Source: Lingula anatina
Taxonomy: Eukaryota > Animalia > Brachiopoda
DNA length: 64,000 nucleotides
Assembly (NCBI GenBank): GCA_051362555.1
Contig: CM120640.1
Location: 6,386,001-6,450,000 of the forward strand
Direction of reading: 5' to 3'
A program made the position numbers and the translations under genes. The notes under the pieces were generated by a model. It made no database searches and was not told the DNA's origin. It saw only the letters and a list, made by a program, of their open reading frames with translations. This document shows positions 9,930-20,900 of this stretch, in pieces (within the stretch, counting starts at the first letter, position 1; each line of letters opens with the position of its first letter).

Positions 9930-12900
9930 ATGGATGCTTGTCAAGCTGTTGAAAGAGAAGTCGACAAAGTTTTATCGAAATTTAACTCACTGGAACAGCA
10001 AACAACGAAAACCTTAAGTGATTTAATTTCAAGTATACAAGGAATTCAAGCCGAACTAGACTCAGGTACGTAATAGTAAAGGTGATTGCATTTCATTCGA
10101 AAGTAAAGATTACTTGCCTCACAAAGTTACAGTGTGTACACTGTTACAACCCCCCCCCCCCCAAACAGAAACACAAAGACATTCACGAATCCACGTACCA
10201 TAAACATATATACTATGCATCTACGTATTACCCTTGCATTGAAATATTATTGTAGTTTCACAGCCATGTAAATAAAATTGGAAACTTTAAACAGTGCCAG
10301 AAGACACCGAGATATCCACAGCACAGACCATACTTTTAGCACAGAATTCAAGGAAGATAAAAGATGCTGTGAGTAAAGTGAGCGCAGAACATAAAGACCT
10401 CCACAGTAGTGTATCCAAAGTAGGAAAAGCAGTGGACAGGGTATGTATCATTTTTTTAATATGACTGGGTTCCCATACCTAGATCAATCTAACAGGATTG
10501 ATCCATCTCCAAGGGGTTTCTCGCTAAATTGCTTTCAGGTTAAGGGGATTCGATGTCTGGCACGTCTACTGAAGCTGCTAAATGATAATTAGTTACTCCC
10601 TAGCAGCTTCAGTTGGCGTGACAGACATCTAAGCCACTTGAGTTAATTGCAATTTAGGGAGAATCCCCTGGGAGATAGATCGATTCAAAATTAGTATGAT
10701 GGAGTCTGGGAATGGTCCCTAAAAGTCTTTTTTCTATAAATTAAAAAAAAAAAAGTTTCAGAAACAAATTAGATGTGCCTAAGTAATAACCCAGTTTGTT
10801 AAAAATAAGACAAGGCACTATTTTATACATCACATTAGGTTTTTTAAACTGTGTAACATCGTTTTATTTTTGTTTTTGTTTTATAATTTGCTATACATAT
10901 TATACATTTCTCATTTGTTTTCAGAATTTCCCATCAGATTTCAGTGCAGTTATAAATGAAGAGGCTCTGAAAGGTGAACAGAAGGCAAAACTTATCAATG
11001 AAGTAATATGTGAACATTTTCTCAGACAGGGAATGCTGGATATTGCAGAGGAGCTGATGCATGTGAGTATAGGTGTTATGATCTAAATGGACTTTATTGT
11101 AAAACAGGGTTTTTGAACTGCTAGCTGCAAAAGTTCAATGACTTATAAGAGAAAGAAGTTACAACATCATAAAGTTGTATATTATAATTTAACACAAAAC
11201 ATCTATATTTTAGTGTCTTATATGATTATCATTTTCTTTTTAAATGTCTTTCTTAACTTCAAACATGATTGTTTTGGAGGATTGTTTTAGGTTTGAAATC
11301 TTTGATTTAAAATGTTGGATTAATTTAGAGAGCAGTTTCTTTTAGTTTATAGTAAGATGCCCTAAACAAAATTTTCTTTTATTTTAGGAATCTCACTTGA
11401 ATATAGATGAAAGTCAAAAGGAGCCATTCCTGGAGTTGCATCGAATCTTGGATGGATTAAAACACAGAAATTTAGAACCAGCTATAGGGTATTTCTTTCT
11501 TTCTTTCTTAATTCGTAATGACAAATGCATGTCTGTAGCCTATATTTATGTCAAAATATCAGTATGGTAATATGGTATTAAATATATGGTAATTTGCAGC
11601 ATTTATATACTTGTAAGACAATCCATATCAGACATGCTTTGGCGGCTAGTACTAGAGAATGCCTTCTTGTTACTAGATTAATATTGCTCTTTTCTAAATC
11701 CAGCATAAAGTAAAATGCTTCTTTATCTAGAGTGGATACTTTCATCCTTTCAGATGGGCTCACACCAACAGGGCAGCTTTGCAATCACAGAACAGCTCTC
11801 TGGAATTTAAACTTCACAGATTGAAGTTTATAAGTCTTCTTTTAGAGGGACCAGAGAGTCAGCAAAAAGCACTTTTATATGCCAAAAACTTTGCACCCTT
11901 TGCCTACAGTAATCCCAGAGGTAAGATATCTCAGCTACTGTGTTTATCATAGATTTCTAGAAATCATATTCTCACAGTAAAGTTTTTTCCAGTTATATGT
12001 GCATAGATATTTAGTAAATGAGCAGCAACGTTTGTTGTTGATTTCTTAGCCAGTAGTTGTATCATTAAATGATTAATAATTGTTAATCATAGTCTGCATG
12101 TCTGCCACTGTAATCCCCAACATGTGAATTATGCTTGGTTTTATTTCAGATGTGCAGATTCTGATGGGCAGCCTCCTTTTCATCCGGCAGGGAATCCAAA
12201 ACTCTCCATATGCATTTCTGCTTGACCCAGTCCAGTGGGATGAGATATGTGATGTCTTCACCAGGGATGCATGTGCTTTATTAGGCTTGTCTGTGGAGAG
12301 TCCTCTCAGCGTGGGGTATGTGGTCATATGTATATCAATTTTATCTGTATAATACTTGCTCTGCAGTTTTGCCAAGAAAACTGCAAAAATTATATCTAAA
12401 AGCTATCTACTAGGAAGATGTTAAATTAATATTCAGTCATAGTGGGTAAAATAATCTGCTGTCTATTTTTCTAATGTTATATTAAATGATACTTATTTTA
12501 AGTCTTTCTCATGTCTTTTAATTCTAAAACCCAGCATGTAAGTATAGCTGTAGAATGTGGGTACATCTTTCTCTATGATTGTTTATTTCAGTGTGCAGGC
12601 AGGTTGCACTGCACTCCCTCCTCTACTTAACATCAAGCAGGTGATGCAGCAGAGACAATGTACAGGGGTTTGGAGTGCTAAAGACGAACTGCCAGTAAGT
12701 TTCCTGTCTCATTTCCACCCCTCCCCACACACACACACAAACATGCACACAGAGATGCAATTGTGGACACACAACACACAAACACACACACATAATGCCA
12801 GAAGAAGTTCAATTTTTTTTAAAATTCTAATGTGTGCTCTCATTGCAAGTCTGTTAAATAGTTTCAAATATGTAAGTTTTAGCTTAAAATATTGATGCTG

Positions 12901-13380
12901 TTAAATTGATTAATTTTGATGATTCATATCACCTAGGTGGAGATAGACCTTGGACCAGAGAGACGTTACCACTCCATATTTGCCTGTCCAATCCTGCGAC
13001 AACAGAGCAATGACTCCAATCCACCATCAAGACTCATTTGTGGCCATGTGATCTCAAGAGATGCTCTCAATAAGCTTGCCAATGCAAATAAGTGAGTCTA
13101 AACTAAACATAGATATCAATTTCCTAAACAAGGCAATTAAGCTTTCATAGAGACAGATGTGTAGAAGTAAGAACTCCTGGCAAGGTCTGTGTATAATTTG
13201 GCCAATCTTGAGACATTTCTTACATTTAATGTTCTCAGTTTGCACACTGCCTGCAATACCCTTTCACTAAAGATATTTACCTCTATTATTTAAGTTGGCA
13301 TTCCATATTTTTCCAGGGTGAAATGCCCATACTGTCCAGTGGAGATGAGTCCTGGGGATGTGAAAGAAATCAGATTTTGA
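9930..13380 (+). CDS. RMND5: E3 ubiquitin ligase RMND5/Gid2 (CTLH complex RING subunit), 9 exons, 391 aa
   Basis: Exons 9930-10065, 10295-10440, 10925-11062, 11388-11488, 11754-11920, 12150-12315, 12592-12694, 12937-13091, 13317-13380; 1176 nt in frame. [15 protein letters not shown] start, [19 protein letters not shown], LisH ([15 protein letters not shown]), CTLH/CRA ([30 protein letters not shown]), degenerate [17 protein letters not shown]...[10 protein letters not shown]...KCPYCP. Confidence 0.96.
10463..10720. mobile_element. Foldback MITE in RMND5 intron 2, same family as the 17149-17812 copies
   Basis: Shares GACTG..TTCCCA, AGATCAATC, GCTAAATTGC, GTTGGCGTGACAGACAT.TAAGC and GCAATTTAG blocks with the 17-kb elements; internally palindromic (ACTGAAGCTGCTA / TAGCAGCTTCAGT). 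Ends are approximate. Confidence 0.75.
12726..12793. repeat. Imperfect (CA)n microsatellite in RMND5 intron 7
   Basis: Interrupted CACACA tracts. Confidence 0.8.
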
Positions 13381-15534
13381 AAAATATGTGGAGCATAGGT
13401 TATAGGATGAACTATAGATGTTAAAACAGAAACTGTAGAGAAGACCAGTAATAGCGTTGTGAAATGTGATGCATCTGCTGCATAAAAGTAACAGTACTTG
13501 TCCCTCTACATTTGAATGGACAGCTTTCAGTCTTTTATTTATAAGGCTACCTCATAACAATAAGTTCTTTTCCCCTTCATAAAACTTTAAAACATCTTTT
13601 CATACTCCAATAGTGAGAAAATGAGATCAGAAGATAACAAAAACTTTAGAATGACCCACGAATGAAGTATGGGTTCATCAATTGACACTGTTCAACAAAT
13701 TGGGTATTCTTTGTACATAGTAATTGTATTTATCATTATCCGAGAAGTAACCTAGGAAGGCCAGTTGGTTTCCGACATAAAATCTTATGAAATTTCACAA
13801 ACTGCAAAAACCATCATCTCATACGAAGCATGAGGTGTTACTCAGATTTTTATCATTATTACCCAAATATATGGTGTGGAGACAAATCATCTTGATGTAT
13901 ATAAGATTAAAAAATCCAAGAAATGAAGACAGAAATTTACAGAGATTAAAAGCTGAACATAGTCTAGTCAATTGAGACTGTAGGGTATTCTTTTCTGATG
14001 ATGACCTATTATTAATGCCTGATTGGGAGAAGCAAACAGACGACAGTGGCCTTGGATATGATTGTTTTGATAAGCTTTCTGGATGTGACTGAAATAGATG
14101 GTAAACATGGCATTAATCACGTAGAAGATCAAAGTTCTTTGATAAATTGTTACATTTGGACCAACCTTGTATCACTTGATTCTTCATATTTAAACTTCAA
14201 GTGCCACACAGTAGAAGGATTATTATAAGATAGGAACTGTAATTCAACTTATTTATTGAATGCCTTTGTACATTGTAAGAAAGGGTATAAATTAAACCAT
14301 GAATACTTCAACCAGTGTTGATATTTCTCAGAGTTTATATTATTTTGTTTGATGAAATCCAGTTACACATGCAAGTATCTCCCTTCTCACCTTTCAACTG
14401 ATGGTTCAAACTGAACACAAGTTGCATTTTATTTAAGTTGTTTCCAGCTGTAACTTGCATTTGGATTTTTTTTATCTATTCTACAAAGAAAAAGATATAT
14501 GATATGTTGGTTATTTTATTTTATTTTCTACTTGTGAACTTATCACAAAGTTCAAGATCCAGATATTCCTCACAAGTTGTTAATAAGTTATTAATGGACC
14601 TGTTGAGAAAAACTACACTGCAGCTAGTTTTCTACATTAAAAGCTAGCCATACAAACACATATTGCAAACAATTATTTAAAATCTATAATTGTTTGAATA
14701 TTTTAAGATATCAAGATGTCCACAAATAATATTACAATTGTGCATAACAATTTACTTGAATACTGATAGAGGTAAATTCACAACATCACACAAAACACCG
14801 GTTTAAAAGGAATGCTTATGGTACATCAGTTCAATGTCAAAAAACTACAATTAAATATCTACAGTGTTAGGAAAATATTCTAAAATTACATTTAAAGACC
14901 TGTCATTTTTAACCAGTGTATTAATGTGAAAACACATCAAGACATAAATTCAAAACTTAAGTGAACACTCCACATTACCACATATAAACAGAAAATACTT
15001 TCAACTAAGTACTGAATAATCTGGGCTGTAGGCTGAAGGAAGGAGGGGATTTTTTTTGACAAAGATTTTTTAAACTTAAGTCAGCACTTTCCTTTTTCCC
15101 AGCTGTCCGTTAGAAACCTCTGATTTTCCTTCAGTCAGCATCTAGACAAGTACCACAGGCAATTGAAAAACCCTGCCTGTATGAATCATGGCCTTCAAGA
15201 GCTGTGCCCCCCTCCCCCTCTGCTTTTTGTTCATCCTATGGCCCAGACATTTGTAGGATAACATTTCAAATGAATCATTCAGCATTAAGAATTTTGCAAA
15301 TTACGTAAACATAATCTACTTTGGCACAATGAACTGTTTCACAGTCAATACAGTTTGTGTTCTCACATTTTCAAATGTCATAAATGAAAGTGCATTGATC
15401 AACAACAGAATGCTTGTTTATCTAACTGGTAGGTTTTTAATTATCACAGCACTAAATAAGTTGCATTAAATTGAGTTATAATCCATCTTCTGTCCTCTCA
15501 CTTTCATCTCTTTTGAAGCAACCTTAAGTTGAAG

Positions 15535-16584
15535 TTACTGAATACCAACAAAGTGAATAACAGGTGGCAACTTCACCATAAGATCATCATATTTTGAAAC
15601 AAAAAAGTTGACTCTTTCCATGTAATCTGCCTCTTGGTATGGCAAACCATTATCCTTTAAGAACTGCTTCACCAGTGGTTTGATCTTCAGGCACATATTA
15701 TCAGAAAGTCTGTTGAACAAGTGGTGCTCAACATGACAACTGATCAGTGAATGCCCAAAACAATAGTCCAGGATGAGGTTTCGAGACAGATTCAGCACAC
15801 CTGTGGACATTTGATAAATCCTTTTTGGGCGGTGCTCTCTGTCGTACATGGGTAATCCTATGTGCTGGAAAATGTTGACATGGATGTAGGGTATGGCCAG
15901 CACAGCACGGCTAACACACATACACCACAGTGCTCCGGTCCAGGTAAACCCAGAGACATGGACAAGAATGTAGGCATTTATCACCAGGCCGGCTGTCATC
16001 ACAGGAAGCCAGCGCAAAATCTTTAACCATCGTCCCCAGAGTAACACCAAGGAAATGAATGGGGTCAGGGCAGGTAATGCCAACGGAGCCAAAAACATGT
16101 AAATGTAGCATGGGAGAAATGGTGCTCTCCAGGAACTAGAGTCTCCAAGTCCTATGATATTTGTATGTGGATGGTGTATTTTGACGTGAATTTCCATGCC
16201 CATTTCGTCAGAAAATGATCCACAGAGCTCACCGAAGAAAATTCGCCAGAACACACCCCATTTCTTCGAGACGCACATTGCATTATGTACGACCAGGTGT
16301 CCACATTTGTTGGCAAGCAGTGCATGGACACAGCCGACGATGAACATCCCAAGGAGGAAAAGAATGGGATTATATGACCTTAACAACAGCCAACCGACGG
16401 GGAGGCAGGCAAATCCGCAGAGAGTGATCATCCAATCGACACCGTAAAGATCCCACCAAGAACTGTTTTTGACCACATCGTCGACTTTTCTCTTAAGGTC
16501 GGCGTAGTTAGGTAGTTCCCTGAGTTTAACAAATACTTCTTGGTAATCACTGTAGCTGGTTATTTGTCCATTTGCTGCTGCCAT
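15535..16584 (-). CDS. FADS6: Fatty acid desaturase 6-like membrane desaturase, single coding exon, 349 aa
   Basis: Uninterrupted ORF from ATG 16584 (MAAANGQ...). Three His boxes HLVVH, HVKIHH, HVEHH; SSWWDLYGVDW, TNIIGLGDSSSW, YIHVNIFQHIGLPMY, RIYQMSTGVLNLSRN, RLSDNMCLKIKP match remembered FADS6 motifs; no cytochrome b5 HPGG motif. Confidence 0.93.
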   Translation of the reverse strand: MAAANGQITSYSDYQEVFVKLRELPNYADLKRKVDDVVKNSSWWDLYGVDWMITLCGFACLPVGWLLLRSYNPILFLLGMFIVGCVHALLANKCGHLVVHNAMCVSKKWGVFWRIFFGELCGSFSDEMGMEIHVKIHHPHTNIIGLGDSSSWRAPFLPCYIYMFLAPLALPALTPFISLVLLWGRWLKILRWLPVMTAGLVINAYILVHVSGFTWTGALWCMCVSRAVLAIPYIHVNIFQHIGLPMYDREHRPKRIYQMSTGVLNLSRNLILDYCFGHSLISCHVEHHLFNRLSDNMCLKIKPLVKQFLKDNGLPYQEADYMERVNFFVSKYDDLMVKLPPVIHFVGIQ

Positions 16585-16619
16585 TGTCAGATCTGTCAGC
16601 TGTTTTCGCAAATGTCAAA

Positions 16620-16968
16620 TTCTTTTGGTTTGCGGTGAACGAATTATTTTCTCTCCAACTATACCCTCATTTTCAAGATGCGAACCAATAATGTGTCTTT
16701 TTCAAAACGAGGTTGAGGCTGGATACGAGAAAATCAAAAAGTCCAAAGTTCTCTCAAGATAAGCTTACATTATTTTTGTGATACATTCTTCACTGGCTCA
16801 AGGTTGTTTATCATTTTATTTATTTAAAGTAAGCTAGTGTAAATATAATGTTAATTTTTTTTTTTGAAATTCATCAGAAAATTAATTGGTTGCGTTATAA
16901 ATGTGATATCGATGTGACTTAGTTGCTCTTTTCGTGGCACCTGCAAGATTAAAGTGGGATTTAAATGG
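16620..16968. promoter_or_regulatory. Probable divergent promoter region of FADS6 (-) and UROS (+), with a possible non-coding first UROS exon ending at 16968
   Basis: Head-to-head gene arrangement; local CpG retention; donor-like G|GTAAGA at 16969 and acceptor-like TTTCACAG (17868) or TTTATAG (17895) just before the UROS ATG. Inferred only. Confidence 0.4.
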
Positions 16969-17148
16969 GTAAGAGGTACAGTTTTCCTTACAAAACCAGT
17001 TGTTGGTTTCCGCACTCATGGTATATCCAAATAACACAATGTTTTAAATAAAATGTTAACTTCTGGGTTTTTTTTTATGTTTTCAATGTCATCTGAGGTA
17101 CTAGCAAGGGGGGGTGGGGGGAGGTATATGTAGGGTAGGGAAGGCTAA

Positions 17149-17363
17149 GACTGCATTCTCACAGTTTTAGATCGATCCATTTGGATCGACCAAACTCCCT
17201 GGTGGTTCATGCTAAATTGCTGTCAGCTGAGTGCGCACGGAAGTTAATTACCCCCTTACAGATTTTAGTTGGCGGGACAGACATTTAAGCTGGCTAAGCT
17301 GACAGTAATCTAGTGAGACTCCCCATGGGGATAGATTGATCTAAAATCTGTGGGAATGCAGTC
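17149..17363. mobile_element. PIF/Harbinger (Tourist-like) MITE, copy 1, 215 bp
   Basis: TIRs GACTGCATTCTCACAGTTTTAGATCGATC / GATTGATCTAAAATCTGTGGGAATGCAGTC flanked by TAA on both sides (17146-17148, 17364-17366). Confidence 0.85.
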
Positions 17364-17366
17364 TAA

Positions 17367-17812
17367 GAGATCATTCCCACAATTTTTGGATTGATCTAAA
17401 TTGCCATTAACTTAACTGGCTTAAATGTCTGTCATGCCTAGTAAAGCTGTCAGGGGGTAATTATCTTTACCCTAGCTAATTCGGTATGCGTGACAGATAT
17501 TTAAGCCTCTTGAGCTGATAGCAATTTAGTGGGAACCCCCAGGGAAGTCGGTTGATCCAGATGGATTGATCTAAGACTGTATTCCTAGAGATTTAGATCG
17601 ATCCATTTGGATCTGGGGATCTAACTCCCTGGGGGTTCAAGCTAAATTGCTGTCAGCCGAGCGCACACCAAAGTTAATTACCCCCTTACAGCTTTTAGTA
17701 GCCGGGACAGACATTTAAGCCTGTTAAGCTGACACCAATCTAGTGAGACTCCCCAAGGAGATAAATCGATCTGAATACTATGGGAATGTGGTCTAAGTAT
17801 GGGAATCCAGTT
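17367..17812. mobile_element. Older MITE copy 2 (opposite orientation), interrupted by copy 3
   Basis: Begins GAGATCATTCCCACAATTTTTGGATTGATC; interior is reverse-complementary to copy 1; its right TIR is split: ...GGATTGATC-TAA-[copy 3]-TAA-GTATGGGAATCCAGTT. Confidence 0.7.
17575..17793. mobile_element. PIF/Harbinger-like MITE, copy 3, nested in the TIR of copy 2
   Basis: Colinear with copy 1 (GCTAAATTGCTGTCAGC, AAGTTAATTACCCCCTTACAG, GGGACAGACATTTAAGC, AATCTAGTGAGACTCCCCA); TAA on both sides (17572-17574, 17794-17796). Confidence 0.85.
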
Positions 17813-17946
17813 TAAATCATGCGTTAATGTTTTCTTTGACATGTGCAATTTGTCTGTTCTTTTCACAGCTTTTCTGTCATGTCTTTTATTTATAGCTCAC
17901 AAATTCAGAGGAGTGTGACATATATGATATATATCTCATGGTAAAT

Positions 17947-20900
17947 ATGTCTAACAAGGGTGTTGTGTTGTTCAAAGCTTCAAAAGAAGATGGAAAGGAT
18001 CTTTATGTAGACGTAAGCTCTATTCATTTTTTTGCAATCAAATAATTAAATGTATATTTCATTTTAGAATGTATAGGTCAGTGAGAACATATGTTAACCA
18101 TCTTGTGTAATTTGATATAAGAAGTTGAACAACATACCAAGTTAATGGCTCTGTGATTGCTGCAGTTGAAAGTTGAAGAACACCCAACACAATGTGTAGC
18201 CTTGCAGAATGTGTTTCTAATGTTACACTACTATCACAATTGCCAATTAAATGCAGGATACTTGGCAATCATAAATTCACTGTTGCCCTTTTTTCAAAAC
18301 CTAATAAAATTTGGAAAATGTGCTAACTTCAGTTTTTTTAAAATTTAAAATGTTTTGAAACCTCTTTTTCAATGTATTCCTGATATTTTCTGTTCTGATT
18401 TGGTATGCATGTGTATATTGTTACTCTTTTGTTCCCTTTCTACAGCTTTTCCAACAGAATGGTCTGTGTGCAAGATGTATCCCCGTGTTAAGATTTGATT
18501 TTCTCAACCTGGATATTCTTCATGCAGCCTTACTACAACCAGAGAACTACAGTGGTATCATATTTACCAGCCAGAGGGCAGTGGAAGCAGTGGAAAAGGC
18601 TATTCAAATGGTGGGCAGTGAGGAAGGTACTTACATGTTTGAAATTGTAATTTACTTGTTGTTTTACTTAACTTGATTTGTTTAAGTAAATCTGATACCA
18701 TACCAGTTGGAATTTAGATAACATCTTGGTTTATGAATTATCTGAAGTGTTTTTTAGTGAGATTATAAAAGTAGATTTAATTTTGCATTTTGCTGTATTA
18801 ATGTTATGTGAAAGCAAATGAAAATTATAATTTTCGTTTCTGATCCAACTACCAAGCTATGAACATTTTTGCTCATTTACATGAAAGCCGTATAACCACC
18901 CCATCATCTCTCTCTTTCTCTTTCACTCTCTCTCACACACACTCACACACATACACACATAAAAAAAGCTCAAGTATTCCATATGTGAAGCAGACATGTC
19001 CAGCAATGTTTGAAAATCAGAGGTCAATTTCCATATTTTTTCTGTTAACCTTGTACATCATCACTTTGTTTGGTTCAACTTGAAGTGGGAGGTGCAGCAT
19101 ACAATACAACACATTCAACACAATTGATTTATAACTTGCTCAGAAATAGGTATTGACCAACAACTATTGGACAAAGAATAGAATCAAATCAAGCTTAATT
19201 TGATTAAGTATGTTAGGTTCAAATCAGTCACTCAAAAGAGACCCTGTCCTGTGCCCTGGATGGAGCCCTCTCTCCCTTTCTCTCTCTCTTTCTCTCTCTT
19301 GCTTTCAACAGTCTCCTTAATTATGCTTGTGTTTGAATTTAATTTTAAAAATCCCCTTTGAAATGTAATTAATAAACCTTGTCATTTATAGATGTAAGGG
19401 GTTTTATTATTAGCATTTCACCAAAATTAAAATTAAAATACAATATTTTAGCTTAATGAACATTTTGAGCACTATATATGTGAGTCCTGACTAGTCAAAT
19501 TGATGAAAGGGCCCGTATGTTCTCTTTTCTATAAGATACCATTCAAAGTTTGATAGAGTTACAAACATATTTGATAAAGATATGAAATTCTATAAAGATT
19601 GACGTCAATATGTCGCACAATAAAAAATTAATGGCTCAGCTACAAAAAATTAAGTTCCCCATAAATATTTAACAAAGATATATATTTATAGAAACTTGAA
19701 GATAGACAGTGATTAAATGATGAAATCTGAATGAGGAGAAATTGCCTGCAGAAGCCTTGTTGCATGTTCATTAAATGTCATTGATTCTTTAATTACATAA
19801 CTATGAATTCAAGTTTGACTGAAAATAATCAATGATTAACTATACCACCTGACGTCTAGTCAGCATCATTGTTAATTTATTCACAATAGAGTTCTACATT
19901 CATTTGCAACATTTTTCATGCATCATGTTTTTATTTGGTCTTGTCCAGTTTTATTCGTTCCTTCATACCTCATTTTATAGAAGAAAAGCTGAGCTGTTTG
20001 AAGAACTCTTCTAACTTGAACTGCTGTGTCGGCTAGTTGTTAAGGTTTTGGGATTCTATTCTGCCTGTGCCTTCTCGATAGAAATCCTATAAATTGAAGA
20101 TTAAATGAGGTGTGAGTAATCAGGCCCCTGGCTGGTACCCTAGAGAAAAACTTGGCTGCTCATTTACTGGCATTGTTCCTCTTAAGCCAATATAGGTTTG
20201 CTTCTGTATGAGAATTATTACACAATGGGTGTATTGATGATATTTTGGGTACATTTACTTTAGTAGTCTCATCTAAAAGGCACAAATATGCTTTTAGCTC
20301 TTGAATTTTTATTCCTAATTTATCATCAAAGATTTGTATAAATTATCGGGATCAAAATCAAATATTCTTTTCCTTTTGTATTATGTTGTTAATTTCATCA
20401 TCAAAGAATATTTGTAAAATAAATAAGAATCGTTACCAAATGATCTGAAACAGTTAATTATATACTTTATGAGCATGTTAAAGCATTGGATGATTTCCAG
20501 AGCTAAAAGATATGGAGATTAAAGAAAAAGTAGTTTCTGGTTATAGATCTTACCAATAATTATCTTGGCATGTCAGAGTTATAATAGAATTAACACTTAT
20601 TATTTGAATAAAATCTTATTGATCTCTTTGTGTGAAATATTTTACACCTAAGTTTATACTTAAACCAAATCTCTGAAGAATATGCAGTTAGCAGTTTGAT
20701 AATATTCACTCAGGGGAGATATACAAAATGCTCTTGCTCACCTCTGGCCGTAATCCAAATAGTCCAAATATACAAGGAACCTGCCCTTTTGTGTGACAGG
20801 TACATTAACCAAATGGGAAACTTTGCCAATAATGTACAAACTTAACATGTAATTACGTAGTCATTCTGTTTTTTTCCCTTTTTTGTCCTTTTTCCCCAGT

